Positions 37,075 to 49,479 of a stretch of DNA of 64,000 bases are shown one piece after another. Source of the DNA: Octopus sinensis. Taxonomy: Eukaryota. The notes under the pieces were generated by a model. The model was given only the letters and a program-made list of their open reading frames with translations, was not told the origin of the DNA and searched no databases. Both the position numbers and the translations under genes were made by a program. The DNA is taken from the NCBI RefSeq assembly GCF_006345805.1, contig NC_042998.1, positions 192,696,001 through 192,760,000 of the forward strand, read 5' to 3'. The stretch's first letter is position 1, and every line of letters begins with the position of its first letter.

Positions 37075-37842
37075 TTAACCCTTTCGTTACTGCATTTATT
37101 TTGAGATGCTCTGTGTTTCTTTCAATTGATTTCAAATATAACAAAGAATTTAGTAGAATAACTTAGTTATTATTAAGCTAGTGTTAGGAACATAAACTGT
37201 GACTAAGGTTTGGTGGAAGATTTTCATTCAGAATTTTTGAAAACAAGACATTTGTACTATAGAGCCAGAGGTGGTTTCAGCCAGGTTGCTATCAAAAGGG
37301 TTAAGAATTGTTTCTCTATTATATATTTTAACACTTTCATTACTGTATTTATTTTGAGATGCTCTTTGTTTCTTTCAATTGATTTCAAATATAACAAAGA
37401 ATTTAGTAAAATAACTTAGTTATTATTAAGCTAGTGTTAGGAACATAAATTGTGACTTGGGTTTCGTCGAAGATTTTAATTCAGAATTTTTGAAAACAAG
37501 ATATTTGTACTATAGAGCCAGAGCCAGAGGCGGTTTCAGCCGGGTTGGTAACAAAAGGGTTAAGAATTGTTTCTCTTTTATATATTTTAACCCTTTTGTT
37601 ACTGCATTTATTTTGAGATGCTCTGTGTTTCTTCCAATTATTTTAAATATAACAAAGAATTTAGTAAAATAATTTAGTTATTATTCAACTAGTGTTAGGA
37701 ACATAAATTGTGACTTGGGTTTCGGGGAAGACTTTAATTCAGAATTTTTGAAAACAAGACATTTGTACTATAGAGCCAGAGCCAGTTTCAGCCAGGTTGC
37801 TATCAAAAGGGTTAAGAATTGTTTCTCTATTATGTATTTTAA
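37075..37842. repeat. Tandem trimer of piggyBac-like MITE P2 plus ~23-bp spacer
   Basis: TTAA-CCCTTTCGTTAC...TATCAAAAGGG-TTAA-GAATTGTTTCTCTATTATATATT repeated three times, about 255 bp period. Confidence 0.9.
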
Positions 37843-38390
37843 TATCAAACTCAACATTCTCTGTCTGTTTCTCCCCCACCTCCTTTGTACTCCTCCTCCC
37901 CCATTTTTTTAATGCATTTCTCAACAGCCAAATGAATAAAATGCCCAAAATCAACTGCTTCTTCGTCGAAAGTTCGTGAGTAAGAATAGTGGAATGATGT
38001 TATTAACCAAATGGTATGATGAGTGGTCAAGTTACTACTGTTTATTACTTTGCAGCTGGGAGGTTGTAACAAATTAATTAACCTCACACTAACAACATTC
38101 AGCAGCTTGTGGTACAGGTGTTCATATGAAATTTCTTTCCCATAGTGCACCAAATGAAATTATTAATATTCTATGTGTGTGTATCTCTTTTACTTGTTTC
38201 AGTCATTTGACTGTGGCCATGCTGGGGCACCGCCGTTAGTCGAGCAAATTGACCCCAGGACTTATTCTTTGTAAGCCTAGTACTTATTCTATATAAATAA
38301 GGATAAGATCGTTAATTTAAATTAGATAGTGATCTTATCAGGTTGCCAGCATGGAAATAAAAATCTTCAAAGGTAATGATTATTATTAGA

Positions 38391-38621
38391 ATTATAATTT
38401 AAGGTATCTATGAGATACTGCCATGCTGAAAATAGCAGCCAAAATCTGACTCTGAAACTACATTAAATGTTCATACAGCACCAGGAGAGAAGACAAAAAG
38501 ACAACTAGTTTTATTTTGTCTTTTTGTCTTCCCTCCTTGTGCTGTATGAACATTTAATGTGGATTTAGAGTCAGATTTTGGCTGCTATTTTCAGCATGGT
38601 GGTATCTCATAGATACCCTAA

Positions 38622-38629
<8 letters not shown>
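38391..38629. repeat. Palindrome with ~113-bp arms and 12-bp spacer
   Basis: 38391-38503 is complementary to 38516-38629, roughly 10 differences. Confidence 0.9.
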
Positions 38630-38659
<30 letters not shown>

Positions 38660-38662
<3 letters not shown>

Positions 38663-38930
38663 GAGGCACAATGGCCCAGTCGTAGGATCGCGGTTTCAAT
38701 TCCCAGACTGGGCGTTGTGAGTGTTTATTGAGCAAAAACACTTAAAAGCTCCACGATGCTCCGGCAGAGGGTGGTGATCCCTGCTGTACTCTTTCACCAC
38801 TCTTTCTTCTGTTGGCCTGCTCGCTTAGCCAGTGGGGTGGCATCATTCGAAGGCTAAAACAATACGAACGCATAGTGACCAGCGATGTGTAACAACATCT
38901 GATGGTCTGGTCGGTAACGTGAACGTGATA
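38660..38930 (+). mobile_element. SINE-C with tail type 3
   Basis: Matches 28952-29248. Confidence 0.85.
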
Positions 38931-39330
38931 TACATATATATATATATATATACACTCTCAGAGTGGTTGGCGTTAGGAAGGGCATCCAGCTGTTGACACT
39001 CTGCCAGATCACCTTAGAGTCTGGTGCAGCCATTTGGTTCGCCAGTCCTCAGCATGGAAAGCGGATGTTAAATGATGATGATAATGATATATATATATAT
39101 CTCATAGCTACTGTTTTTGTGGTTTTGTATGAAAACATTAAACTGATCAGCTCATAGAAATGTAGGGTTGAGTATAAATTTCACAAATCACATGATACTA
39201 AGCTAAGTCTCCAATTCTAACTCTGTTTCATGTCCACTGTCATCACTAAATCCCTTAGGATTAGCAGGCAGTCAGGTATCCGCATTAAAACTTGATACGG
39301 ATTTAATGGTAGAGTTACTAAATATAACAT

Positions 39331-39371
<41 letters not shown>

Positions 39372-39538
39372 ATATACTCATACACATCCCTACCCAATAA
39401 CACACACACATGCACACAATTTAAGTAATAATAAATAAAATTGAGACATATTCATACCATTTTAGAAAAAATTTATATAAAGCTACTACTGCCATATATA
39501 TATATGCGTGTGTGTGTATAAATATATGTATGTATGTG

Positions 39539-39570
<32 letters not shown>

Positions 39571-39689
39571 CATATATATATATCTATATATATGTATGTA
39601 TATGTTTATATATATACATGTATGTATGTTTGTGTGTATATATAAATATATGTGTGTATATATGTATGTATGTATGTATGTATGTGTCA

Positions 39690-40068
39690 TCAACATCATT
39701 ATTTAACGTCCACTTTCCATGCTAGCATGGGTTGGACAGTTTGACTGAGGACTGGTGAGCCAGAGGCTGCACCAGGCTCAATCTGATCTGGCAAAGTTTC
39801 TACAGCTGGATGCTCTTCCTAACGCCAACCACTCCGAGAGTGTAGTGGGTGCTTTTTATGTGCCACCGGCATGAGGGCCAGTCAGGTGGTTCTGGCGACG
39901 ATCATGCTCAAAGGTATTTTTACATGCTACCTGCACGGGAGCCAGTCCGGCAGCACTGGCAATGACCACGCTCAAATGTTGTATTTCACATGCCACCAGC
40001 ACACACACACACACACACACATGCACACATATATACACACACACACACACACGTATACACACACACAC

Positions 40069-40099
<31 letters not shown>

Positions 40100-40510
40100 T
40101 ATATATACACAGACATATAAGGTGACGCTGGCAATGATCATGCCCGAATGGTGCCTTTCACGTATCACCCGCATGGGAACCAATCCGTGGCCCTGGCAAC
40201 GATCACGCTCGGATGTGCTTATAACGTTCCACTGGCATGAGTGCCAATCAGCCTGTACTGTCATCGGCCACATCAGCAATTTTGATTTGTTTACACTTGC
40301 CTCAATAGGTCTTTGCAAGCAAAGTTCATTGTTCAATGAATAAGGGGTACTCATAAGTGGGGCCGGTTACACTCCACATTCAGATGTGCTTTTAATGATC
40401 TATTGGCAGAAGTGCCAATCAGGCAGTTTCACTTGCCTCAATAGGTCTTCGCAGGCAAGGTTTATTCATAAGTGGGCTGGTTACACCCACTGGCATTGGC
40501 CATGGGCTAT
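39690..40510 (-). mobile_element. RTE 3' UTR family U with internal (CA)n expansion
   Basis: Family match on both sides of the microsatellite at 40000-40115. Confidence 0.8.
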
Positions 40511-41119
40511 GGTATATATATATATATATATATACATATATATATAAGTCAGTAAATGGTGGGGTTGTGTTAACTGCACGTGTAGAAATGATAGCAGAGG
40601 AAGAAATAATAAGGCAGAATGCTAAATTGAAAGTAAATTTTAATAAAAATGGGTGTATGGAAAATTAAAAAAGAAAAAAAGAAATCAAACCAGCCTTCAT
40701 TGCAGGGCAAATTTTCAAGATTTGGAAGGGGAAAAAGATTTTTTGAAATTGAAGAAGGGGGGGGGGGGGGAATTTACAATGTTTTTTTCAAAAAAATGAT
40801 AATACATATTTACAAAAATTAATAAATAAGTATACCAATACATTGTAGATTCTTTATGCTTTTAGAGTTCAATAATAGTCCTTTGGAAAAAACTTCTTTG
40901 GAGGATTAGGATGCATGTGTTAAAGTGTAGTGTTTAGTTTGAAAAGGTTGGATGATTGTGTGTCAAAACAGGAAATGGGGTAGGAGTTATCCAGTTCCTG
41001 TGTGTAAGGGAAGAAAATTCTGTGGATTTTATGCTCTTTAATTGGAATGCTGGATTTTTTGTCAAACAGGATGCTTATATCAATTTTTGTCAGATAGGAT
41101 GCTAGAAAAAGGAATATGG

Positions 41120-41830
41120 TCACCGTGGAGTTTGCATATTAAGACGCGTTTGGTATTTTTCAATAAAAAGATTCTCCTTGTTTATTCTTTCTTGTGTAGA
41201 GATTCTGTCTTTACATTGGTAGAAAGGGAATATATGAAATTTGGGATTTTTATCTCTAGCGCAAGAGTCTATGTGGTTACTGAGTGGAATTTGACAGTAT
41301 TGTGGGGGATTTATCTGTTCTTTATGGACTGCTACTCTTCTGCGTAAAAGAAGGCTCGTTTGTCCAACATAATTGGTTTTGATTTTAAACTTTGTTCCTT
41401 CTTTGAAAGTAAATTCAGAGCCTTCAAGTAGGAAGTGGCAGGTACCACAGTTAGGGCGTGCACATTTTTTAACTGATGGGGGTGGATGTGGTGTGTGAAG
41501 TTTGGCATTTGTTAAGAGTTTTTTCAAAGATTTATGTTGCATTTAAGGATTTTATGTGTATTGATAATATTATTCATTTTTGGGTCTGTGGACAGTAAGA
41601 GGAGGTTTTATATGATTGTGGTGTATGCTTCGATGTTTTTGGGGTTATGCGTGGAAATGTATGGAAGTATTTTGAGGTTGGGTGTGTTACTGTGTTGGGT
41701 GGTTTTCAGTGTATTATTGTCAAGTTCTTTGGCACGTTTTATTCCATAGTCTATGAGTGTGGAGGTATATTGGTTTTGTAATAGTGTTTTTTTGAGGTCT
41801 TGAAGGCGTATTTCTCAAGTTGTCTCGAGT
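41120..41830 (-). mobile_element. Penelope-like element C-terminal fragment (linker plus GIY-YIG)
   Basis: RLQDLKKTLLQNQY..LIDYGIKRAKEL..LPYISTHNPKN; KKCARPNCGTC..YVGQTSLLLRRRVAVHKEQI..LSNHIDSC..FHIFPFY..KENLFIEKY..LN; stop, frameshift and internal deletion. Confidence 0.85.
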
Positions 41831-42685
41831 TGTCTTGGATCCCAAAACTCCCATTTACAATAGATTATGCCTCCTTAGTCCACATAAATTCAGAACTAAA
41901 TTTCCAAATAACTTAAAAGAAGATGTGGCTTTATAGTTTTGAACAGTAGTTTAGGTTAACTGTCAACACCATATTTTGGCCAGCTATTAGCTTTATCTTC
42001 TTCGTATCTGGTCTTTGTGAAGCCTTAACTTCATCTTGTCTTGTCTCTTATCACCACTTCTGTACTGTGAATATACATCTGAAGCAAAACTGCATATCTG
42101 CCTTACTACCTACCTACCTATATATATATATATATACATATATATATCTGTGTGTGTGTGTGTGTAGTGAAAGAGGGAGTGAGATAGCTATGGAATGAGG
42201 TAGTAAAACTATGTTTACATAGGGGCCACTACAACTTTTGTTTTCTATTTTCTGGCATGTTTATATCATGCAGTAATGGTCGAGTCCTGACATTGCTGGA
42301 TTTAAGAAGTCCAACCTGTATAAATATATCCTAATATCACAATATAGAATTTATGCTCTTATGAATGTTCTGTCTCATCGCGTGGTAATTTATGATGTAA
42401 GCAAATCCTTAAATGGTGGACATCATCAATTGATGTTCAAAAATTTTACATGGACACAGCCTCCATCAAAGAAAAGTGAATATTTTGCACAATTTTTCAA
42501 TAATGAGCTTTATAAATTTTATTGTACGAGAGACTAACAATTGTTATAGGTTTTGTACTTATTTAAATTGAAAATAAGTATAAAAATTACCCTTAAGAAA
42601 AAAAAACAACTTATTTTTTGCTGTTTGTCATGCAGTTATGCAGCCCTTTTCCAACTGTTTAAGGTTTAATGCTAGAGTAATATCT

Positions 42686-42915
42686 ATTTCTTTACTACCC
42701 ACAAGGGGTTAAATACAGAGGGGACAAACAAGGACAGACAAACGGATTAAGTCAATTACATCGACCCCAGTGCGTAACTGGTACTTAATTTATCGACCCC
42801 GAAAGGATGAAAGGCAAAGTTGACCTCGGCGGAATTTGAACTCAGAACGTAATGGCAGTCAAAATACCGCTAAGTATTTCGCCCGACGTACTAATGCTTC
42901 TGCCAGCTCGCAGCC
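42686..42915 (-). mobile_element. SINE-B monomer
   Basis: Family match. Confidence 0.9.
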
Positions 42916-43844
42916 TTCCAGAGTAATATCATTAGGCAAGTCTAATTTTAGTTTTAGTTAAAATATAATTTCCGTATATTTTATATTTACACTTTCTGAT
43001 ATAAATAATTGATTAAATGGTGTATATAAATTAACATTTATTAAATAATTTTTCGTGTATATAGTATACACTGTAATGTGGTTGGCATAAAGAAGGGCAT
43101 CCAGCCATAGAAACCATTGCCAAATCTGACACTGGAGTATGATGTGACCCTTGAATCCAAAGGATTCTGTCAAATCATCGAACCCATGTCAACATAGGAC
43201 AAGAATGTTAAATGATTATGATTGTAATGGATGGTATATAAAACTAGTTTTATATCATTGGCATCCCCTGTGTTATGAAAGTATTGTACTCTTGAAAATC
43301 TTGCCATGATGTGGAGTTCCATAACACAAAACCTATTTCCCCATTAACTTCTATGTTACATGAAGGTTAATGAATATGGAAGAAAGAACGGAAAAAACAT
43401 GTTCCGCATTAACGAATTCCAAAATTTTCATAAATACACAACTTCAATATCATGAGAAAGGCTTCTGTAAAGAAATTCCAGTCTCATGGAAACAAAAAGA
43501 TATAAAAATGCATTGAAAATGATGTGGAGAAGTGTGACATAAGTCATCTCGTAAAAAAAAATTAAAAAATTTAAAAAAACCCAGAAAATACATCAATTTA
43601 CTGAACCATTTTTCTTTTAAGCTTTCCATAAAATATAATTATTTAATCCTCTTTGTTTCCTTCTTGCAATGAAGTTGGGTTAGAATTTAACCAAGGATGG
43701 ATAATCATTATTGTTTCATCCTAAATGATTTTCGATTAAATGACCCTATGCCAATTCAGCCATGACCATCCCATCTTTTTTCAGGTCTAGTTTCTCTTAG
43801 TCAACATTATTCAATCCTTTTATTTTTAAGTGAAAGTAACAGTC

Positions 43845-44076
43845 TTCATCATCATCATCGTTTAACGTATGTTTTCCATGCTAGCATGGGTTGGACAGTT
43901 CGACCGGGGATCTGGGAAGCCAGCAGGCTGCACCAGGCTCCAGTCTGATCTGGCAGTGTTTCTACTGCTGGATGCCCTTCCTAACGCCAACCACTCCGTG
44001 AGTGTAGTGGGTGCTTTTTACGTGCCACCGGCATGGAAGCCAGTCAAGGTGGTGCTGGCATCAACCACGTACGGAT
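43845..44076 (-). mobile_element. RTE 3' UTR family U, 5'-truncated
   Basis: (CAT)n tail and family match. Confidence 0.85.
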
Positions 44077-44207
44077 GAGGAAAATTTAGCTGCTATCCCT
44101 AACATGTTGAATAACTATTTAGAGGCTTCCATTTGCTTATCTTGGGAATTGAAACAACAAATATCTCACAAAAGGAATATGAAATGGTAACTAATATATA
44201 TTATCAA

Positions 44208-44440
44208 AAGGCAGTGAGCTGGCAGAAACGTTAGCACGCTAGGCGAAATGCGTGGCCGTTTTTCGTCTGCCATTACGTTCTGAGTTCAAATTCCGCCGAG
44301 GTCGACTTTGCCTTTCATCCTTTCGGGGTCGATAAATTAAGTACCAGTTGCGCACTGAGGTCGATGTAATCGACTTAATCCCTTTGTCTGTTCTTGTTTG
44401 TCCTCTCTTTGTTTAGCTCCTTGTGGGTAGTAAAGAAATA
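44208..44440 (+). mobile_element. SINE-B monomer
   Basis: Flanked by ATATATATTATCAAAA duplication. Confidence 0.9.
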
Positions 44441-45619
44441 AATATATATTATCAAAATGTAAGCTTATATAACAGTAAGGTTGATAAAAGGGAAAATGGA
44501 AGACTATTTTATTTGACATACTTTGTAGTTGTTCTGCGATTAATGTGCGATAAGATACCTATGCTTACTTTTTTACAAGAATGTTCTTACAATTAAAGGC
44601 TTGTTATTTGTTATGGAGATAAATATATAAGTTAGTGTCAGAGAACATTGAGATAAAAAGTTTGAGTCATCACCTCAAAGAGATCATTTGTATGATATTG
44701 TAATTTTTTTTATTCAACACAAATTACTAGAAATCTCATATTGTTGAATAAATACGAAATTTTTCACACAGACAGACACACACATACACATACACTCACT
44801 TACTCACTCACTCTCTCTCTCTCTCTCTCTCTCAATCTGAGCATTTTGACTTCTTGTTAAATGCTCATACAGCACTTTGATATTGTATACTTCAAGATAG
44901 ACGTATAGGTACACCACACTATTAATTTTCTGATAATTGACGGTCCAACACCTCCTTAAAACCTGATGAAAATTATGAGTAGCTCTTACACTACCTCTTC
45001 ACAATCCACTATACTGTAGTCCCATGACTTCGCCATATACTTGGCAGGGTAGCTGAATGGGTGCTATGCCTTGCCAGAGGCAGCTCATAAATCCAGGGTA
45101 CGGTTGTCACTCCATGAGGTATTTTCAAAATACCCCACATACCCATTAAGTAGAACTGTTGAAAAAAATGACAATGATGTTTTGGTACACAAGCTGTGTG
45201 ATATAATTAGTAATTAGTGTATAATTATTAGTTTAGAGGTGTGTTGGTGATGATCTGGCAAAACAGTTAAGGCTTTAGAACAAAGGATACCAGAAAGTTG
45301 GTGGCATACCTATATAAAAATGTGTTACTATGAGTATATGTATCTTGATTGTATAAAATTCGATTAGAGGTTATGTTAGCCTCATGAAGGGATGGTGTCA
45401 TCCAAGGAAAAAGTAAGCAAAGGTCCTTTTTTGTCATGTTCATAATTAAGGGCGCCTATGCTTCAAGAACGTTTTCTGTCTGAAATAAGTAGAAAATTAT
45501 TAAAGAGCATACATCAATTACTAAGTATGTTGAAATTCACCTAAAATATAATTAAAATACTATGATAAAATTGTGTTTCAAAACACAACACTTAGAGCAG
45601 CCATTATTTTCGGAACAAT

Positions 45620-46665
45620 CTAATACTTGGTGCTCAGGTTATCATTTATTAAGGAGTTGATCTTGGTATTTTTGAGTTGTATGGTATGATATGTATTGTG
45701 TCCGGTGGTATCCTTTGTGGTATTCTCTATTATGCCAGGAGGTGTATTTGGGTGTTGTGGTAGATTTAAGGGTTGGCTGTTAGCAATGGCACTATAGTTA
45801 TATATTTTTTTACTACCTACAAGGGGCTAAACATAGAGGGGACAAACAAGGACAGACAAACGGATTAAGTTGATTACATCGACCCCAGTGCGTAACTGGT
45901 ACTTTATTTATCGACCCCGAAAGGATGAAAGGCAAAGTCCACCTCGGTGGAATTTGAACTCAGAACGTAATGGCAGACGAAATACGGCAAGGCATTTCAC
46001 CTGGCATGCTAACGTTTCTGCCAGCTTGCCGCTTTGGCACTATAGTTATGAGCGTTTTTGTTACGGGGGTCAGTTGGTATTTTGGGTTTATATGTATGGA
46101 GTTGGTGGTTATATTGAATTAATTGACTAGGGTCGGGGGTTGGCCGTTGGTGGATTTCAGAGTTTCGTGTTGTTAAGATGTTAGATAACTCTGGCAATGT
46201 TAATGGTGGCAAAATAGGACAATTTTATAGATTGGAGGTTAAACCTTTTTCTAAGGGGGAACCTTTTTCTAGTAGAGCAAAGATGAGTTTGGATACTCAA
46301 GTCTAGATGTTAAGGGTGAAGTGGGGATGGAACCATATGATGTCTTGGTTTCTAGTTCATTTAATCCAATTGGATATGTGAGGTTACCTAGGTGGAGATA
46401 AAGTTTTGGATGTGTATGTTGATGTCTGTTTTGGTGGCTTGTAATGTATATAGGATTAGGAGTTATTTGGTAGAGGTGTCAGTTATTAGGTTGTTTACTA
46501 CTCCAATGTTTGGGTGGGTATTGGAGGGATGGTGTAGGGGGTATTAGGTCTATCATATGGGAGCTGAGAACTGGGTTTTTTTTTTGTTTTGGGTTTAGTT
46601 GAGAGAGGGATGTCCTACATGGGGATGTATTCAATTGAATGTTTATACCTGGTATATTGTAGGGC
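45620..46665 (-). mobile_element. Decayed PLE ORF fragment with nested SINE-B (45802-46034)
   Basis: NQDIIWFHPHFTLNI..SKLIFALLEK resembles the PLE IIWFNPPFS linker motif; SINE TSD TGGCACTATAGTTAT at 45787-45801 and 46035-46049. Confidence 0.6.
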
Positions 46666-47314
46666 ACACCCAATCATCCAACCTCATTACCACTGTGTAT
46701 TAAACCAACAATATTTTTTTCTCCCCTTTTAATTCCTTAACCATCAGTTACAATTCTCTATCCATATTTTTACTTACTACCTAAAATATTCTTCTCTCCT
46801 TATATTTCTACTCCCTCATCCAGTAAATGTACAAATACATGCACCTACATATACCTCCACCATTTCATACCTTCTCTTTTTTTCCTTTTTTTTTGTATCA
46901 ATCTACACCTTTCGGCCATAAAAGCTCCCCTCAACTACAAACAACCTCTAGCCATACTTAAATACCTTGCTTTATTTAGACATACTTTCTTTTTCACCCC
47001 ATGACCAAAAACATTTCCCCACCCTCTCCCCTCCAATTTCTCTTCCCTTCAAATGCCAATCCCACTCCTGAATTCTATGATTAAGCTGGAATCACTATAT
47101 TGTCTACTACCATCCTGTTCAATTTCTCCTTTCTCTCACTCCTTTATATTTTATTTTATTCTGTTTTATTTATTTATTTTTCTTACTCTCCTTTCTTCCT
47201 TTCTTGTATTATTTCTCCCCAAATTTTTACATCCATCACATACTGTGCGCTCTACACATTCTGACTGAATCCTCTTTGCATCAACATGTTCCTCCTTGGG
47301 AGACAACATAGGCT

Positions 47315-47543
47315 TTAACCTTTTGGCATTTAAACCAGCCATATCCAGCCCAAAATATTCTACCTGTTTTACATTCAAACTGACTGGATCCAGCCTCTTG
47401 CATAAATCCTACAATGCCATGCTAAAAATAAACAATAACATCATCAAAATCTCAAAGCTACAAGATAATGAATGAGTTATTCAAATCAACATAAATAAAT
47501 AAGCATTACACTTAACAAAATAATCTGAATACTAAAGGGTTAA
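47315..47543. mobile_element. piggyBac-like MITE P1
   Basis: TTAA on both sides; CCTTTTGGCATT ... ATACTAAAGGG. Confidence 0.8.
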
Positions 47544-47564
47544 TCTAATCAAGATATCCTTGAC

Positions 47565-47891
47565 CTGAAGAGTAGCCGGTAGTATACACCTAAGGCGGCG
47601 AGCTGGCAGAAACGTTAGCACGCTGGGCGAAATGCTTTGCAATATTTCGTCTGCCGCTATGTTCTGAGTTCAAATTCCGCCGAGGTCGACTTTGCCTTTC
47701 ATCCTTTCGGGGTCGATTAAATAAGTACCAGCTACGCACTGGAGTCGATATAATCGACTTAATCCGATTGTCTGTCCTTGTTTGTCCTCTCTGTGTTTAG
47801 CCCCATGTGGGTAGTAAAGAAATAGGTAGTATACACCTCACTTAAATTATCACCACTTCTGAGGTTCCACTTGCTACGAAACATGTAGCCC
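47565..47891 (+). ncRNA. Hammerhead-ribozyme-like motif (type I, PLE-style) split by a SINE-B
   Basis: CTGAAGA-GTAGC ... GCTAC-GAAA-CATGTA; stem I imperfect. Confidence 0.5.
47592..47824 (+). mobile_element. SINE-B monomer
   Basis: 14-bp TSD GGTAGTATACACCT at 47578-47591 and 47825-47838. Confidence 0.92.
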
Positions 47892-48220
47892 AGTTATTCC
47901 ATACTCCATTCTGTAACTCTTGTATTCTTTTACACACAATTGGCAACCCTGGAATATAAAAAGAACTTCTTTTCAGTTCATCATTCTTTGATAAAAAATT
48001 TTTTTTAATCCGCAACCCTCCGTATCAATAAACCACTATTGTTCCTGAAAGTTGTTTTTTTTTATATTCACAGCAGATTGCTCGAAACTAACTTTCTTCC
48101 TATACCTTGATCCCTGGAACTAACATCTATTTATTTTTGTATATATATATATATATATATATATATTTCGGTTTTGGATTTGGTTTGCAAGATTCTTTAT
48201 ATGATTTCGTGTGTTGAAGC

Positions 48221-48511
48221 ATATACTATTGTGTCTGGGAGAGTCATTTTCTTTTCGTGCCTTATAATGTAACACACTCACCGGTAAAATTCCACTTATT
48301 TCTTATTTTTATTTTCCTAAAATTTTCGTTTGCCTCTTGCAACCTTTTCAATAGTCTTGACTATTCAAGAGTCAAGACTATTGAAAAGGTTGCAAGAGGC
48401 AAACGAAAATTTTAGGACAATAAAAATAAGAAATAAGTGGAATTTTACCGGTGAGTGTGTTACATTATAAGGCATGAAAAGAAAATGACTCTCCCAGACA
48501 CAATAGTATAT
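48221..48511. repeat. Near-perfect palindrome of a PLE-like 5' module (142-bp arms, 7-nt loop)
   Basis: 48221-48362 vs 48370-48511, 2 mismatches. Confidence 0.95.
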
Positions 48512-48672
48512 ATATATGTTAGTGTTTGTTTTTATGTGAAGTGGTATATAAAATAAATATACCATTAAACTGAAGGATTGCTCACTGATTTAGTTTCATT
48601 GATCTGTTGATGGCAAGCAACCCAAAACTTTGAAGTTAGTGTTAAGCTTTTCTTTCAAAAAAAATTCATTTA

Positions 48673-48711
<39 letters not shown>

Positions 48712-49039
48712 ACACACACACACACACACACACACACCACACACACACACACACATATGTTCTTTTATTCTTTTACTTGTTTAATTTATTTTGACTGTGT
48801 CCATGCCTTTAGTGGAACAAATCAACCCCAGTTTTCATCTGCTAAATCCACTCACAAGGTTTTGGTTGACCTGAGGCTATAGTAGAAGACACATCTCCAA
48901 GGTGCCACACAATGGGACTGAACTCAGAACTGTGTGGTTGGTAAGCAAGCTACTTACCACACAGTCACTTCTCTGTTTGTAAATAATAATAATAATAATA
49001 ATAATAATGATAATAATAATATAGGCTTAATAATAATGA

Positions 49040-49442
49040 TAAAAATAATTTCAAATTTTGGCCACAAAGGCAGCTTGGGAGAGGGGATTAAGTCAATTAC
49101 ATCGACCCCAGTGCATAACTGCTACTTATTTAATCGACCCCGAAAAGATGAAAGGCAAAGTCGACACCAGTGGAATTTGAACTCAGAATGTAGTGGCAGA
49201 TGAAATATCTATTTCTTTACTACCCGCAAGGGGCTAAACACAGAGAGGACAAACAAGGACAGACAAAAGGATTAAGTCGATTATATCGATCCCAGTGCAT
49301 AACTGGTACTTATTTAATCGACCCCGAAAGGATGAAAGGCAAAGTCGACCTTGGTGGAATTTAAACTCAGAACGTAGCGGCAGATGAAATACCGCTAAGC
49401 ATTTCACCTGGTGTGCTAATGATTCTGCCAGCTCGCCGCCTT
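49040..49442 (-). mobile_element. SINE-B dimer with mixed tails
   Basis: Headed unit with tail a, then a headless unit with tail b; same junction as other multimers. Confidence 0.85.
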
Positions 49443-49479
49443 AAGAGTAATAACGATAATAATAATAATAATAATAATA

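Noticed and set aside
37075-37842. Repeat-spacer pattern suggesting CRISPR
   Set aside because: Repeats are about 230 bp, spacers are essentially identical, there are no cas genes and the context is eukaryotic.
42277-42537. 86-codon open frame with a GTAAGC donor after 42396
   Set aside because: No recognisable homology and only a weak in-frame acceptor; a frame this long can arise by chance in 64 kb.
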